Below, one piece after another: positions 42,699 to 55,600 of a DNA stretch of 64,000 nt. Within the stretch, counting starts at the first letter, position 1. Every line of letters begins with the position of its first letter. The translations under genes and the position numbers were made by a program. The notes under the pieces were generated by a model. The model was not told the DNA's origin. It did not search any database and saw nothing but the letters and a program-made list of their open reading frames with translations. Source of the DNA: Octopus vulgaris (Eukaryota); the NCBI GenBank assembly GCA_951406725.2, contig OX597829.1:11780001-11844000 (forward strand), in the 5' to 3' direction.

Positions 42699-45600
42699 CT
42701 ACAGGATCATGCTCAAAATGGTTTCGTCACTAGCACGCACCATCTTTGCAACATTCACCAATCTTTTTTTGAATCTTTCGCGAGACAAAACTTCACTCTC
42801 CATTCTCACCTTCCTTTTCAAGTGGTACTTGAAAAAGTTGATGAGCGATTGGCCAGAGAGGTAAGTGTTTGTCTCTAATCCTTTCGCTCGGGTCCACCAC
42901 ACACATTCTTTCACCATGGCCACCAGTACGATGAAAACTGCCTTGCCTTCCCGGTTGAGGGAAGGGGGCGGAGCAATTCTCACGATAGACTCGGCCGATA
43001 GGCGGATTCGTCCCACACGTGACAGCAGCCGTTCGGCATAAGCCCACAGGTCTGAAATGGTTGGACATTGCACGAGTGCGTACAGAACGGTTTCGTCGCT
43101 CTGACCGCATCTCGGGCAAGTCGGTCCAGTGTGTCTGGATCCGTGTCTGTAGAGCTTATCCCGAACAGGTAATGATTCTCGATAGCACTGCCAGGCCAGG
43201 GATCTTTGGTGATTGTTCATAGGTCCCGGCCCGAAAGTTGTCCTGAACAGGCGGGTCAGGTGTTCCTCGTCGACGCCCAGACTCTGCCCGAGTTCGTCGT
43301 CGCACCTCCCCTCCACTAATCCTCTATAGAATGCCTTTGTTGTGATGGAGTCGCACAAGTTCGATCCCGGACGGCAGAGTTGCTTGAGAGCAACGCGACA
43401 CTCGCGGTGCCATTCGCCTAGCCTCGGTCTCTGCTTGATCCATGACTGTAGTTCGTCCAAGGAGACGAGCTGCGGGAAAACGCGCCGCACAAAAGGCGAC
43501 CACACCTGTTCACCGTTGTCTATGAAGCGCCGGAGATGTCGCAGTCTCAGCGCATGTCTGCGCATCATCAACCACGGCATGCCCAGCCCTCCATTTAGCG
43601 GGTGTTGACAGCAAATGGATCGCCTAACCATCGGAACGTTTCCCTTCCACAAGAAGCGGAAGAGTATACGTTCCAGTTTGGTGATGGTAGGGTCGGGACA
43701 AGGCACGACGGTCAGACGATACTCGATGACGGATGCGATGTACGCGTTCGCCACCTCCGCCCGACCTTTTAGGGATAGCTTTATCTCAGCCCATTTCTGG
43801 GTGAGAGTAGCCACCCTAGTCGTTATCTCGCCCCAGTTCTTCTCCATTTGGAGGTCCGGACCGAACCAGACCCCGAGCAATTTAACCGGTCCGTCAGTCC
43901 AGCGTCCCACAATGGAGACGCTGTTGGACGGCATGGGCTTGCTTCTCCAGGTGCCGAGCCGCAAGCCCACTGACTTTTCCCGGTTAATGTTTGCTCCCGT
44001 TACCGCTTCATATTCTTTTAGTGTCTCGCCGACCAGCTCGATGTGCTGGTAGCTTGACACTATGACGGTGACGTCATCCGCGTATGCAGACATGCTCCTC
44101 CCGCATCCCAGCTCTCGTGGGATGCCCCTCAGCGTCGCCAGTTTCCGCAGTAGTGGCTCCAGAGTCAGTACATACAGCAGCGATGAGAGGGGGCATCCCT
44201 GACGAACCGAACGCATGATGTTAAAAGGTCTGGATAGATGACCATTTACGCGAACTACTGAGCGGATGCCGCTGTATAAGGCAGCGATCCAACCGCGGAA
44301 AACTGGACCGAAACCAGCCGCTTTAAGGACAGCCTCCAAGTAGTGATGGTCTACCCTATCGAAGGTTTTTGATTGATCCAAATTGATCAGCGCCCCACCC
44401 ATGCCAGGATTCTTAACTACCCTGTCTATGATGTAGCGCATCAGATGGAGGTTGTCATGAATACTTCTACCCGGCACGGCGCATGTTTGCGCCTTGTCGA
44501 TTAGTTTCTTGATGACAAGCGCCAACCTCTCGGCTAACACCTTGGCCAAAATTTTCAAATCTGCGTTGAGCAGAGTGATGGGCCTGAAATTATCTATGAC
44601 GTCCCCCTTGTTTGGGTCTTTCTTAATCAGTGCCACTGCTCCTCGCTTTACAAAAGCAGGAATACTCCCGTTTTGCTGCCAGTTGCAGTAGACAGCTGCC
44701 AAGACGCCTCCAAACAAGTCTGGCATATGAAAATAAAGTTCGTAGGGCAGACCATCCAAGCCTGGTGACTTGTCTCTCGCGCAGCCTACCATCGCATCCT
44801 GTACGTCCGCAGCTGCCTTTCACAAGACTCCACCTCTCTTGCTGAGAGTCGTGGCAAGGCATGCAGGTAGGCACTAAAGTCCACTCTGCGTTCTGACTCA
44901 CCACTTGTCCCAAACAGTTGGGTGAAGTGTTGTTGAAAAGCCCCACACATCCTTTTAGGCTCGAGCAATTCGCGCCCCTGTTCATCTATAAGAGACTTGA
45001 TGGTGGCTCTGTTGCCTCGTTGCGTCTCCACCACTCGGGCCTCTTGGGAGGCTCCAACTCCTTCGTTCCTCAGAGCACGCATCCTAGCTCTGACAACGCA
45101 TCCCTCGTGTTTGGCGTTGAGGTATTGGTCGAGGGCCAATCTCGCCGCCAGCACGTTGGACGCGATGCCAGTTCTAAGTGCCTCTTCTAAAACCTTAACT
45201 AATTCTCCCTCTATTCTATTTCGGTCTAATGCTAGGGCTCTACTGTATCTGACTGATTCTGCTTTAATTGCTTCTTTTAGGGCATACCACCATCTATTGT
45301 TGATGATAGTACCCGTCAAAGCTCTCTTAACTAATGTGCTGATCCGGTCCCTGTAAACCTGTCGTGCTGTAAAAGACGCGTTCAGTTTCCAGTAACCAGG
45401 ACCCTGCCTATGTGTCTTATCTAAGTCAAGTGTACAAGTCACAAACTTGTGATCTGTGTAACTGACTATATGAAATTGTGGACAACCTACACTATTTTTA
45501 TCTATTGTCCTACAGAATACTCTATCTAAGTATGATCTGGACGACCCGATGCGGTTACTCCATGTCCACATTGGCACATTCGGGTGGTCCAGTAGGTACC

Positions 45601-46129
45601 TGTCAGACAGTTGGAAACGTCTGAGCAGGTCTTTGAGGCATTTGCATCCCCTTCTATTGCTATCTCTGCCCACGTAGTCTAGATGCGTGTCCAGGGTGGC
45701 ATTTCAATCCCCCACTAAAAGTAAAGGACGAGACGTTCCCATGAAAGACTCTAGACGTCGAAAGAAATCTGGTCGGCCTGTTAAGGACGGAGCATAAACT
45801 GCTATCAGTCGAAAAGCACACTCATTGCTGCCATCGACATCCAAAACGACCAGCCTACCCTCCGGGTCTAAGAAATTTGCTCTTACTTTGAGATCCAGAC
45901 TCTTCCGGATAAGCACCGCGGTGCCACCTCCGCCCATTCTCGGTAGACACGGAGAAAAATAAATGTTGAAATGTGTACCGAAAATGAGCTGGAGTGCCCG
46001 CAAGCTGTGGAGTCTGGTCTCACTGATGGCTATGATATTCAGATTTAGTGACTTGATGTCATTTAACAGGTAGCCTTGTTTCCAAGGCGACCCCAAGCCA
46101 CGTACATTTATACTGCCTATTCTGAGCAT
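42699..46129 (-). pseudogene. ORF2 (APE endonuclease, reverse transcriptase, zinc finger) with one stop (~45704) and one frameshift (~44800)
   Basis: INVRGL, ISET, VYAPS, LVGD, SYLDRVF, TDH, YWKLN, KSPGLDG, FRPITLLN, VRQGCPLS, AYADD, CPRC..ET..CP. Confidence 0.93.
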
Positions 46130-46266
46130 GTTCCGATAAAATTGTGTTTTACACACGAAAAGAAAGTGCAAAAAAGGAAAGAGAGAGAGAAAAGGTTACT
46201 TGTTGTTCGAAAGTCCTTTGTCTTTCACCTCACGGTCTTCTTCTATGAGGCTTTTGTATAGTTTTT

Positions 46267-47640
46267 TTATGAATACTTTTGAAATCTCCCTACTGCATCA
46301 GGGTAAAGAGATTTCAGGGTGCTGTATGTGTTCTGTGTTACGTGTATTATTTTAATGTGTTGTGGTGGTGTTGTGCGTGGGTGGTTACTTGTTTTTATGT
46401 CGTTTTCAGTTATGTTGGTGCTTGACCTAATGTGTTCCATTAGGTCGTGGTTGTTTGTGTTTATGGCTGTCAACATTGTTGGGGGGTTTGATGATGGTGT
46501 GTTTGTGTTGATGTGTTTGTTTTCTGTGGATGTTTTTGTTTCGGGAGTGGTATATCTTCCTGCTTTGTTTGTTATCTTTTCTTTTCTTTTTTTCCCCTTT
46601 TTCTTTTCCCCCTGTGGCTATTTGCCAATCTTCTGTGTCTTCTTCGTCTAATGACAAATCAGAAGAATCAGAGCTTGGAAGAGGGAAAATATTGGGGTCT
46701 ATTGTAGACTGTGTTGATTTTGTTGTTGGTGTTGGTTGGTGAGCGTTTGGTTGTGGTGTATGCGGTTTTGGAGGTGGGGTGTGGGTATTTTGTGTTTGAG
46801 TGATTGTAGGTATTGTTGTGTTGTTTGGGGTCTCAATTTTGTGGGGATTTGGAGTTGTAATTGTTTCTTCATTTTCGCTTAGTGTCTTTTTGGCAGATGT
46901 CCTTGGTTTGAGAGTTGGTTTATTCTTGGTCGTTGTTGTTGGTGATGTTGCTTCTGTTCTTGGTGCTGCAGTTGGTGTGGTTGTTTGGTTGGTGAGGTTT
47001 GTTCCTGCAAAACGTGGTGTGGGTAGTAAACCTGGTTTATTTGGGTTTTTTTCCGGCTGCTGTTGTTGTTGCTGTTGTTTTCTTGCGGCAGATTTGCAGT
47101 CTTTTTTTAGGTGTTGCTCACTGCCGCATATGTAGCAACGTGGTCTTCTGCCATCGACGACCACATACAACTTGTAGTCTTCTGATACACATATCTGGGT
47201 GGGTATTTTTTTTATGTCTTCTTGATTTATGTGTAGTAGAAATTCTACTTTTTTTCCCACCCAGCTTTTGTGCTCCGTGACCGTGGTTTCCAAAATAGGG
47301 AAATTTTTCATTTTTACACATAAGGCCTTTACTAGCCATAGATTATTAGCTATTTTTGGGACATTGTTTAAAGTGATCTTAGTCACTTTCTGTCCCCGAT
47401 AGCTTGGTGTTAATGTAAGTTCATCTGAATGAAGAGTTAGCGTTGAGAAACGTCTTGCTAACTCTTCAGTGTGGAAAACTACTTGTATGTGTGCAAACTT
47501 GTTCCACCAGGTCACATAGTCTTTGTAGTTCCAGATGGGTTTCAAGCATTTTTCTATTTTGCTTGTGTTAGCCTTCTCTGGGCTTTTTGTTTTCTTATTA
47601 ATTATTTTATAAATAATTGTTCTTTTTTTTTCATCTTCTA
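46267..47640 (-). pseudogene. ORF1 (gag-like, CCHC zinc knuckle), frameshifted
   Basis: VDGRRPRCYICGSEQHLKKDC followed by a Q/T/P-rich tail. Confidence 0.8.
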
Positions 47641-48609
47641 ATATTTCTTCTGGTATGTTTATTTTTACTATACCATCTAATTCTGTTATTGTAATGTTCG
47701 TGTCTTGTATTTGCTGAGCAGTAAAATATACTGTTTATTTTTTTCTTTAATCGCCTCAGCGAAATTTGTTGTTGTTTTGTTATTGTTGTTGCTGGTGGTG
47801 ATGTTGTTGTTGGCTGCAGTTTGTAAAATTGGTGTGCTTGGTTCGATTGTGCAAGTAGGAAGGGGTGGAAAATTATTTTCATAATTTATCCCTGTATTCG
47901 AGCAGCTTTTGTCAATTTGTTTGGTGGTTATTTGTTTGTTTGTTTGTTTGTTTGTTTATTCACTTCAGTTTTTGTTGTTGGAGTAAAACAGGTCTGAACG
48001 GAATTGTTGTTATTGTTATTGTTGTTTTTGTTGTTGGTGGTGGTGTCAGTGGCAGAAGAGACAGCCGAGGCAGCAGATGTCGAAATGGTGGCGCAATTTT
48101 TATTTTTGTTGTCATTGTTATTGTTGTTGTTGTTGGTAGTTGAGGTAGTGGATGAGGTGGCGGCGGTGGTGGTGGTGGTGGTGAAGGCGGTGGTGGTAAC
48201 AGTAGTAGTCTCTATGTTGTTCTTGCTAGTGGCGGTGTTGGTGACAGGGCTGTTACTACACGTAGTTGTAGCGTTCATTGCAAATGTCATTGATAATTTT
48301 ACTTTGCGCGCAAAAATTCTTTTTTTCTCCTAGCGTTTCCAGTCTAGGAGAAAGCTGGTCGATAAAGGAACGCGACCATCGTTCTACAATACAATTTCTT
48401 GACATTTTGAAAATGTCTAGAAAGAAATTACAAAAATTAAATAGGGTTGAAACTGCCCCTAGGGACGAATTCCTCCCTTGGAAAAGCACTCAAACGAAAG
48501 TTGGGTGCCTTACACAACTTATTTACAAAAATGTACACAAAAATTAGGCTATAAATAGTCAAAATAAACGATTACCTTCGGAGTCGAAGTGACAGCACGT
48601 CCATAGACA

Positions 48610-48737
<128 letters not shown>

Positions 48738-48941
48738 TATACACACACATACAAAGATAAATTGATAGATACAACTGAGTGAGCAAACAAAAATATGAGA
48801 CACAGCCTAACGTTTTTATGTTGATAAGCCTGGTACTTATTCTATTAGTTTGTTCTTGTGAAACTAGTATGTTATGGGGATGTAAATAAATGAACAGCAG
48901 TTGCGAAACACAGAGACAAAGACACACACATACAATTACAT

Positions 48942-49495
48942 ATCATCATCATCATCATCATCATCATCGTTTAACGTCCGTTTTCCATGCTAGCATTGGT
49001 TGGACGGCTCGACCGGGGCCTGGGAAGCCAGGAGGCTGCACCAAGCACCAGTCTGATCTGGCAGTGTTTCTACAGCTGGATGCCCTTCCTAACGCCAACC
49101 ACTCTGTTAGTGTAGTGGGTGCTTTTTACGCGCCATCGGCACAGGGGCCAGACGAGGCTGGCAAACGGCCACGATCGGTTGGTGCTTTTACGTGTCACCG
49201 ACACGGACGCCAGTCAGGCGGCGCTGGCATCTACCACGTTCGGACGGTGCTTTTTACGTGTCACCGGCACGGGTATCTTAACTACAATTTCCCTTTGATT
49301 TTCATTTTGATGTTGGTGCTAACGTACTTGACTCAATAGGTCTCCTCAAGAACAGCGGGTCACTCTACGATCCAAGGTTAGCACAGCAGACCGTCCTGCG
49401 AGCTATGAACTCGCTTCATTTGTCGGGTCTTCGAAGTCACAACATATCTCCAGAGGTCTCGGTCTTTCGTCATAGCCTCTGTAACCACCTCGTTA
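48942..49495 (-). mobile_element. SINE/RTE-tail-like element with (ATG)n tail and internal ~60-bp repeats
   Basis: Homologous to 25232-25530; ggtgctttttacg.g.cac.cg.cac occurs three times. Confidence 0.7.
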
Positions 49496-49546
49496 TATAC
49501 GCTTGATTTGTTTCAGTTCCTGTCTACGAAATCCATATATATATAT

Positions 49547-49666
<120 letters not shown>

Positions 49667-50114
49667 ATACACACACATACACACACACACACAAACAAAA
49701 ATAGATTGTGTGTATGTGTGTGGGGGGGTTGATGTGTGTATGGCTGTATATATGTATGCATATATATATGTGTATATATATATATATGTATATATTACAT
49801 GTACATCTATATATACATCTACACATACATGTATACATATACAGCTATACGTACACATGTATACATATACATGTATGCATATACAGCTATACATATACAT
49901 GTATACATATACATCTATATATATATATATACACATGGATATATATATACATCCATATATATATATATACATGTACATATATATATATATATATATATAC
50001 ATCCATATATATACATCTATATATATACATATATATGTATACATATATATATATATATATAACGGGAAGCTTTATGAAAATAAACAAAAGACGAAGGCAG
50101 GTGGAAAACAAACG

Positions 50115-50149
<35 letters not shown>

Positions 50150-50169
50150 TCATCTCTTTGTATACGTAT

Positions 50170-50386
50170 ACTCTTTACACTTTTACTTGTTTCAGTCATT
50201 TGACAGCGGCCATGCTGGAACACCGCCTTTAATCGAGCAACTCGATCCCAGAACTTATTCTTTTGTAAGCCCAGTACTTATTCTATCGGTCTCTTTTGCC
50301 GAACCGCTAAGTAGCGGGGACATAAACACAAGCATCGGTTTCCAAGCAATGCTAGGGGGACAAACACAGACACACAAACACACACA

Positions 50387-50388
<2 letters not shown>
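50170..50388 (-). mobile_element. SINE family 1, 3' half
   Basis: Reverse complement of 34865-35070. Confidence 0.8.
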
Positions 50389-50429
<41 letters not shown>

Positions 50430-50594
50430 CACGTACATCTATATATATGCACATCTACACATACATATATACATATACATCTATACATATACATGTATAC
50501 ATATACAGCTATACATTTACATGTATACATATAAAGCTATACATGTACATGTATACATATACATCTATATATATACATCCATATATATAGATCT

Positions 50595-51818
50595 TCAACA
50601 GCACCCTCCTCACCAAGCGAACCTGGTTGGGTTGTCAGTTTAGTCGCCAACACCCGACCATGCACAATGGACCATATATTTGCTCTAACGCAACTGCTTG
50701 AGCGAGCAAATGAGTACAAGCTGCCTCTTTGCGTTGCGTTTATAGATTATGAGAAGGCCTTCGATAGCGTCGAAACCAACGCAGTGCTGAACTCGCTGCA
50801 GAGGCAAGGAATCGAAGCGCAATATGTGCAGCTGCTCAGAGAGGCAAATTCCGGATGCACCACCGACATAGCTCTACTGTCATCAGCCATACGAGTGCCG
50901 GTTTAGAAGGGAGTGAAGCAAGGAGATACAATCTCCCCCAAAACTTTTCACTGCATGTCTCGAACAGATCATCAGAGGCATCGAATGGCAAGGTGGTGTC
51001 AACATCAATGGCGAGCTCCTCACTCACCTCCGTTTCGCTGACGGCATCGTACTCATCGCTGAAAACATGGATCAGCTTCAGACCATGCTGACGGAGCTCG
51101 ACATCAAAAGTTCTGCAGTAGGTCTCAAGAGGAACCGCATGAAAACAAAGTTCATGCGGTCAGACAACGTACCAACAGGTCGAATGGTGATCGGCAGTGA
51201 TGAAATAGAGGAGGTGAGAGAATATGTCTACCTGGGACAGGAAGTAAATATGTGACGGGATATCAAAAAGGAGATCTCACGGAGAGTAAGGGCCGGATGG
51301 AAGGCGTTCAATGGCATAAGGGATGTGCTCAAGGGAAGGTTGGACAGGACCACCAGCGCCAACCTCATTAACAGTGCAGTTCTGCCTGCAATGTTATATG
51401 GTAGTGAAACATGGGCTACCACAAAGAGAGAAGAGCAAAGACTGATAACGGCTCAAAGAGCCATGGAAAGGTCAATGTTTGGTATCTCGTTGAGAGAACA
51501 CATAAATAGCAACATCATCAGAAAGAAGTCCGGCGTGAGAGATGTCATCGCAGAGTATACTCGCAGCAAGTATAGATGGGCTGGACACGTCGCCCGGCTC
51601 ACCGATAATCGGTGGACGCACGCAGTTGTCGAGTGGTACCCGCGTGAGCGGAAAAGACCACCCGGAAGACCTCCACGACGGTGGAGTGACGATTTCAAGA
51701 GGACGATTGGGATCACGTGGATGAGAAAGGCGCGATCCAGAGAGGAGTGGACAGCGTGCTGTGACCAGCGGTGTCAAATGGACGCCTGACGGACTGGTCG
51801 GTCAAAGTGATCAAAGTG
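50595..51818 (+). mobile_element. 5'-truncated and 5'-inverted RTE-clade LINE with a 12-bp TSD
   Basis: TMDHIFAL, FIDYEKAFDSV, KGVKQGD, LRFADGIVL, RWAGHVAR, KRPPGRPPRRW; tail (TCAAAGTGA)2; TSD ATATATAGATCT at 50583-50594 and 51819-51830. Confidence 0.9.
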
Positions 51819-51884
51819 ATATATAGATCTATATATATAGATATATATATACATCCATATATATAGATCTATATGTACACATTT

Positions 51885-52420
51885 ATATATTTGTTTTGCA
51901 AGATTATTGATGTGAAATCGTGTGTTGATGTGAAATCGTGTGTTGATGTGAAATCGTGTGTTGATGTGAAATCGTGGGCTGTATTTAGGAATGGTCATTT
52001 TGCCAGTTTGGCCAATAAAAACACACGCACTATATATTTGGTGGTACTTTACTTCAGCGTTATTTATTATTACCAATTCATATTATTTATCTATTAACTA
52101 CATAAATAGGAACATCCAAATGAAGACACATACAATAGGAATACAAAATACAAAATGGGTGACCGTTAGTAAGGAGAGACACACAAATAAGAAAGAAGAA
52201 AACAAAGGACCACTGATGAGGTCACAGGAGTGTGACGAAAGAACTCTGGCCGAAATAAGATTTAGATTAATGTAAAAAATAAATAACGCTGAAGCAAAGT
52301 AACACCAAATATATAGTGCGTGTGTTTTTATTGGCTAAACTGGCAAAATGACCATTCCTAAATACAACAATATCTGTTTCAACACACAATTTCACATCAA
52401 AAATATTGCAAAACAAATAT
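51885..52420 (+). mobile_element. PLE-derived fold-back insert with a hammerhead
   Basis: Inverted arms ~51885-52068 and ~52277-52420; HHR at 52207-52251; 18-bp unit ttgatgtgaaatcgtgtg repeated four times. Confidence 0.8.
52207..52251 (+). ncRNA. Type I minimal hammerhead ribozyme
   Basis: GGACCA-CUGAUGA-G-GUCAC-AGGAGU-GUGAC-GAAA-GAAC-UC-UGGCC. Confidence 0.7.
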
Positions 52421-52425
52421 ATATA

Positions 52426-52529
<104 letters not shown>

Positions 52530-52624
52530 TATATACATGTATTATATATATATATATCATATGTATATACTATATATATATATATATATTATATGGTGTA
52601 TATATAGTACATATATATTATATA

Positions 52625-55600
52625 GTGTCAGGTCAATTGAGTGCTACTCGTACCATGTAGTCCAGTACAACCTGTTACATGGTCGGGTCGTCGGCGACTA
52701 AGTTGGCAACCCCACCAGGCTTGTTTGGTGAGGCGGGTGTTTGTTAGACACCCTGCAGGACAAAAAATAAGACCTGTCAAAGGGAGGAAGAACTACAGCG
52801 TAGTCAACGGCCATCCAACAAAGTGTGTGTGGAGTGCTTTGTGCGTGTGTGTCTGTGTGTGTGTATGTGCATTGTATGTATAGCATTTTTTTTCAACTCT
52901 GTATATGGTATATATATTGCATTTTAAACTCTGCGTATGTGTGTATAAAATGTACATATTGTATTGTCACTATCCCTTTTCTCCCCCGAGGCATTGTATC
53001 CCAGAAGAAGCGGAAGAACCATTTGGTCAACGGCTCAAATGGGATTTCGTGATCATTGGGACCCCGGTTTGGTTAATGACCAAGCAAAGGCGTATGAACT
53101 AGTCTACTCGTCATCGTCTATCAATGGGTGCGACTCCCTGATCTCGCTCTACTGCCTTGTAAATAGACTTTTTAGTCAAAGGCTCCGGGTGGGGTCTCCT
53201 AAGCTAACCCCCTACTCCGGCCTAGGCAACCAGGTAGTATACGCCTACTGAAAACCATGGATCCTTTTCTCTCTTTCGCCATAGTTTGGATGGCATGGGC
53301 AGGTGGAGCTCGTCAGCCATGGTTGACAACCCTCCTATGAGAGGATAACTCCGACTTCAAGCCTACGGCCCGAGGATCTCGCTGTCACCGTCCCAGCTCG
53401 CTAGGCCATGGCAGATGAACCTTGTGCTTAAAGGGTGGGGCCAGTTTGCGCGCACTGCACTTCACCTTAAAACTCCCTAGCGCAGGCCAAAGGACATGTC
53501 CACGTTCTGTGACCAGCCATCCTAAAAGCCCTGCAGCGATGGGAAAGGGGCGAAAGTGGCAAGTGGAAAATGTCGCTGGAAGCCGTAGTTTCGACCCCAC
53601 ATGTAGGCGGCTCAGGACTTTGGTCGCCTGGTTGTCGATCCGGAGGCGACGACACCACTCAGCAGCATCCTGAGCGACCAGGCAGCCCTATTTAGGGAGA
53701 GCACTGCCTGCTCCACATGGAGAGGGGCAGTAGAAAAGGTTCGCCTAAACAAAGCTCATCTCCTCTATACCCAGTTGGCTAGCCGCAGTCAACGGGCATC
53801 TTCAGAGCGGTAAAACAAACATGGAGACAAAACCGAAGAAAAGTAAGCAGGAGTTGAAAGTTGCTTGCTGGAATGTCAGGACCATGCTTGACAAGGCTGA
53901 CAGCAGCCGCCCAAACGTCGTTCGGCTCTCATAGCTCATGAACTCTCCCGTCTCAACATTGACATAGCAGCTCTCAGCGAGGTCCGCTTCGCTGACGAGG
54001 GCAGCCTCAAAGAACGCGGTGCTGGCTACACCCTCTTCTAGTCCGGAAAACTATTATCTGAAAAACGTGTGTCGGGTGTAGGACTCATGGTGAAGAATTC
54101 CATCCCCTCCAAACTGGAAACGTTACCCACGGGCCACCCAGATCGCATCATATCCATGCGCCTACCACTAGAGAGCAAACAACATCTCACTCTCTTCAGT
54201 GTTTATGCTCCAACTCTACTGGCAGATCCTGCGGACAAAGACAGTTTCTATTCTGATCTGCGCACACTCTTGAACAACACTCCTGCAAACGACAAGGTCC
54301 TTATCCTTGGCGACATCAACGCAAGAGTTAGGAGGAATTCTGAGGCTTGGAAAGGAGTCCTTGGAAGACACGGCATTGGTGGTTGTAATGACAATGGGCA
54401 CCTCCTGCTCGAGTTCTGCACAGAGCACCAACTTGCTATTACCAACACAATCTTCCAACAGAAAGACCGTCTGAAAACAACTTGGATGCATCTCCGGTCC
54501 AAACATTGGCATCTACTTGACTATGTGCTTGTGCGCCAGCGGGACCTTAAAGACGTTCTACACATAAGAGTGATGCCCAGTGCAGAGTGCCACACCGACC
54601 ATCGCCTTGTCCGCTGCAAGCTCAAACTGCAGTTCAAACCCAAACCCAAGAAGAAAGTAACCCCGTAAAGAAACTGAATGTCGACAGCTTGTGCCGGAAG
54701 GAAGTGAAAATCAAGTTCCATGCAAACCTGCGGCAAAGACTAGACGAATCCCCCTGCATTGATGACACTACCCCAGACACCTTGCGGGAGAATCTGAAAT
54801 CAGCCATCCTTAAGACATCTATGGAAGTTCTCGGGCACACAAAGAATAAAAACAAGGACTGGTTCGATGAAAATGACAAGGAGATCCAGGAATTACTAGC
54901 AAGGAAGAGGGCATCTCATCAAGCCCACCTCGCACAACCAGGCTGTCCTGTAAAGAAAACTACCTTTCGACACGCATGAAGCACCCTACAGCGAAAACTC
55001 AGAGAAATGCAGAACGAGTGGTAGGACCACCTGGCGTGGAGAACCCAGCTGTGCGCTAACCTCGGAGACTATAGAGGCTTCTATGAGGCTCTGAAAGCAA
55101 TGTATAGCCCCACCCACCTGGTCCAGAGTCCCCTGCGCAGTTCAGATGGACAGGACCTCCTCACCGATAACACCTCCATCCTCGCTCACTGGTCCGAGCA
55201 CTTCCAAAGCCTCTTCGGTGCTAACCGTACCGTACTGGACGCTGCTGTCCTTCGCATTCCTCAACTTACACTCAAAGAGGAGCTCAACAAACCACCCACC
55301 CTCGAAGAAATGATTGAAGCCATAGGACAACTCAAGAGTCGCAAAGCATCAGGAGTTGACGGCATCCCACCAGAAATCTGGAAGAATGGAGGTTCGATGC
55401 TCCATGACAAGCTCCATGATTTTCTTGTCTGCTGCTGGGAGCAGAGCAAGCTGCCACAGGATCTTCGCGACGCCGTCATCATAACCCTGTACAAGAACAA
55501 GGGTGAAAAGTCTGACTGCTCCAACCACCGGGGAATCACCCTACTCTCCATCGCCGGCAAAGTACTTGCCAGGATCCTGCTCAGTAGGCTAGTACCAACC

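Larger units (their letters stand above)
42393..48605 (-). mobile_element. Near full-length Tx1/L1-clade LINE, copy B
   Basis: ORF1 with a CCHC knuckle and ORF2 with APE, RT and CCHC; AATAAA just before (TC)n at the 3' end; (TATC)n at the 5' end. Confidence 0.92.

Noticed and set aside
51909-51977. CRISPR-like array
   Set aside because: The units are contiguous with no unique spacers, the context is eukaryotic and no cas genes are present
52650-52710. HDV-like ribozyme reading (GGG-P4-CUAA)
   Set aside because: No P3/L3 could be placed and P2 would be only 4 bp; the four-way-junction reading fits both copies better
53185-53215. Twister-like loop GGGGUCUCCUAAGCUAACCCC
   Set aside because: The flanking P1/P2 and GAGGG elements of twister were not found
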